The notes beneath the pieces are model-generated. The model did no database searches and was not told the DNA's origin. It saw only the letters and a list, made by a program, of their open reading frames with translations. A program made the position numbers and the translations under genes. 64,000 nucleotides of DNA from Leucoraja erinacea (Eukaryota): positions 1-64,000 of the forward strand of contig NW_026576105.1 of NCBI RefSeq assembly GCF_028641065.1, read 5' to 3'. Of this stretch, positions 63,481 through 64,000 are shown one piece after another; position 1 is the stretch's first letter; every line of letters begins with the position of its first letter.

Positions 63481-64000
63481 GTGATATTTTGTTAAGTTGT
63501 TAAGTTCTGGACACCATGTTATAGGAAAGATATTGTCAAGCTTGAAAAGGTTCAGAAAAGATATACGAGCATGTTTCCAGGACGAGAGGGTGTGAGCTAT
63601 GAGGAGATGTTCTGTAGGCTGGGTCTCTATCCATGAAGTGCAGCAGGATGAGGGGTGTTCTTATCGAGATGTACAAACTATAGAGGATAAGGTCGGGAAG
63701 ATGCCGAGTCTCTTTCCAGAGTAGGTGCATCGAGGACCAGAGGGCATAGTTTCCCCCTGATCTTTCCCCGTGAAGAATGTAAATAAGAACACACACACGA
63801 ACCTTTCTAATTTATGTTTCAACAGGGCCCACTGGAAACACCTGGGAAGACATTGATAGTGGTAAATGTAAAGGGATTGGGTCAGTGTCTGGGAACTGTA
63901 GTTCAAGTTTTCCGAATAAACAAACGATAGACAGAAAAAGCTGGAGTGACGTTTCGGTTCGAGACCCTTCTTCACAGTGAAGAAGGTCTTGACCCGAATC

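Overview
Vertebrate genomic DNA, almost certainly from a cartilaginous fish (inferred from NAR-type V/J segments, GPR139-like genes and CR1/Penelope-rich repeats; species cannot be fixed from sequence alone). The window is part of a T-cell receptor alpha/delta V region. It holds five conventional TCR alpha/delta-type V segments in mixed orientation, each with a 23-spacer RSS. It also holds two head-to-head NAR-TCR-like cassettes. The + cassette is L-V(23)-(12)D(12)-(23)J. The - cassette is L-[V+D already joined](12)-(23)J, followed by a leaderless 'supporting' Vdelta with Cys in CDR1. Two paralogous two-exon GPR139/GPR142-like class A GPCR genes are interleaved with the V genes. The rest is CR1, Rex1/Babar, L2 and Penelope retroelement fragments, non-autonomous DNA transposons, three minisatellites, a ~1.96-kb tandem duplication of a V promoter/leader, and six N gaps. 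The main finding is the apparently germline-joined V-D NAR-TCR gene. Several single-base indels in otherwise intact exons may be assembly errors. Repeat boundaries are approximate.
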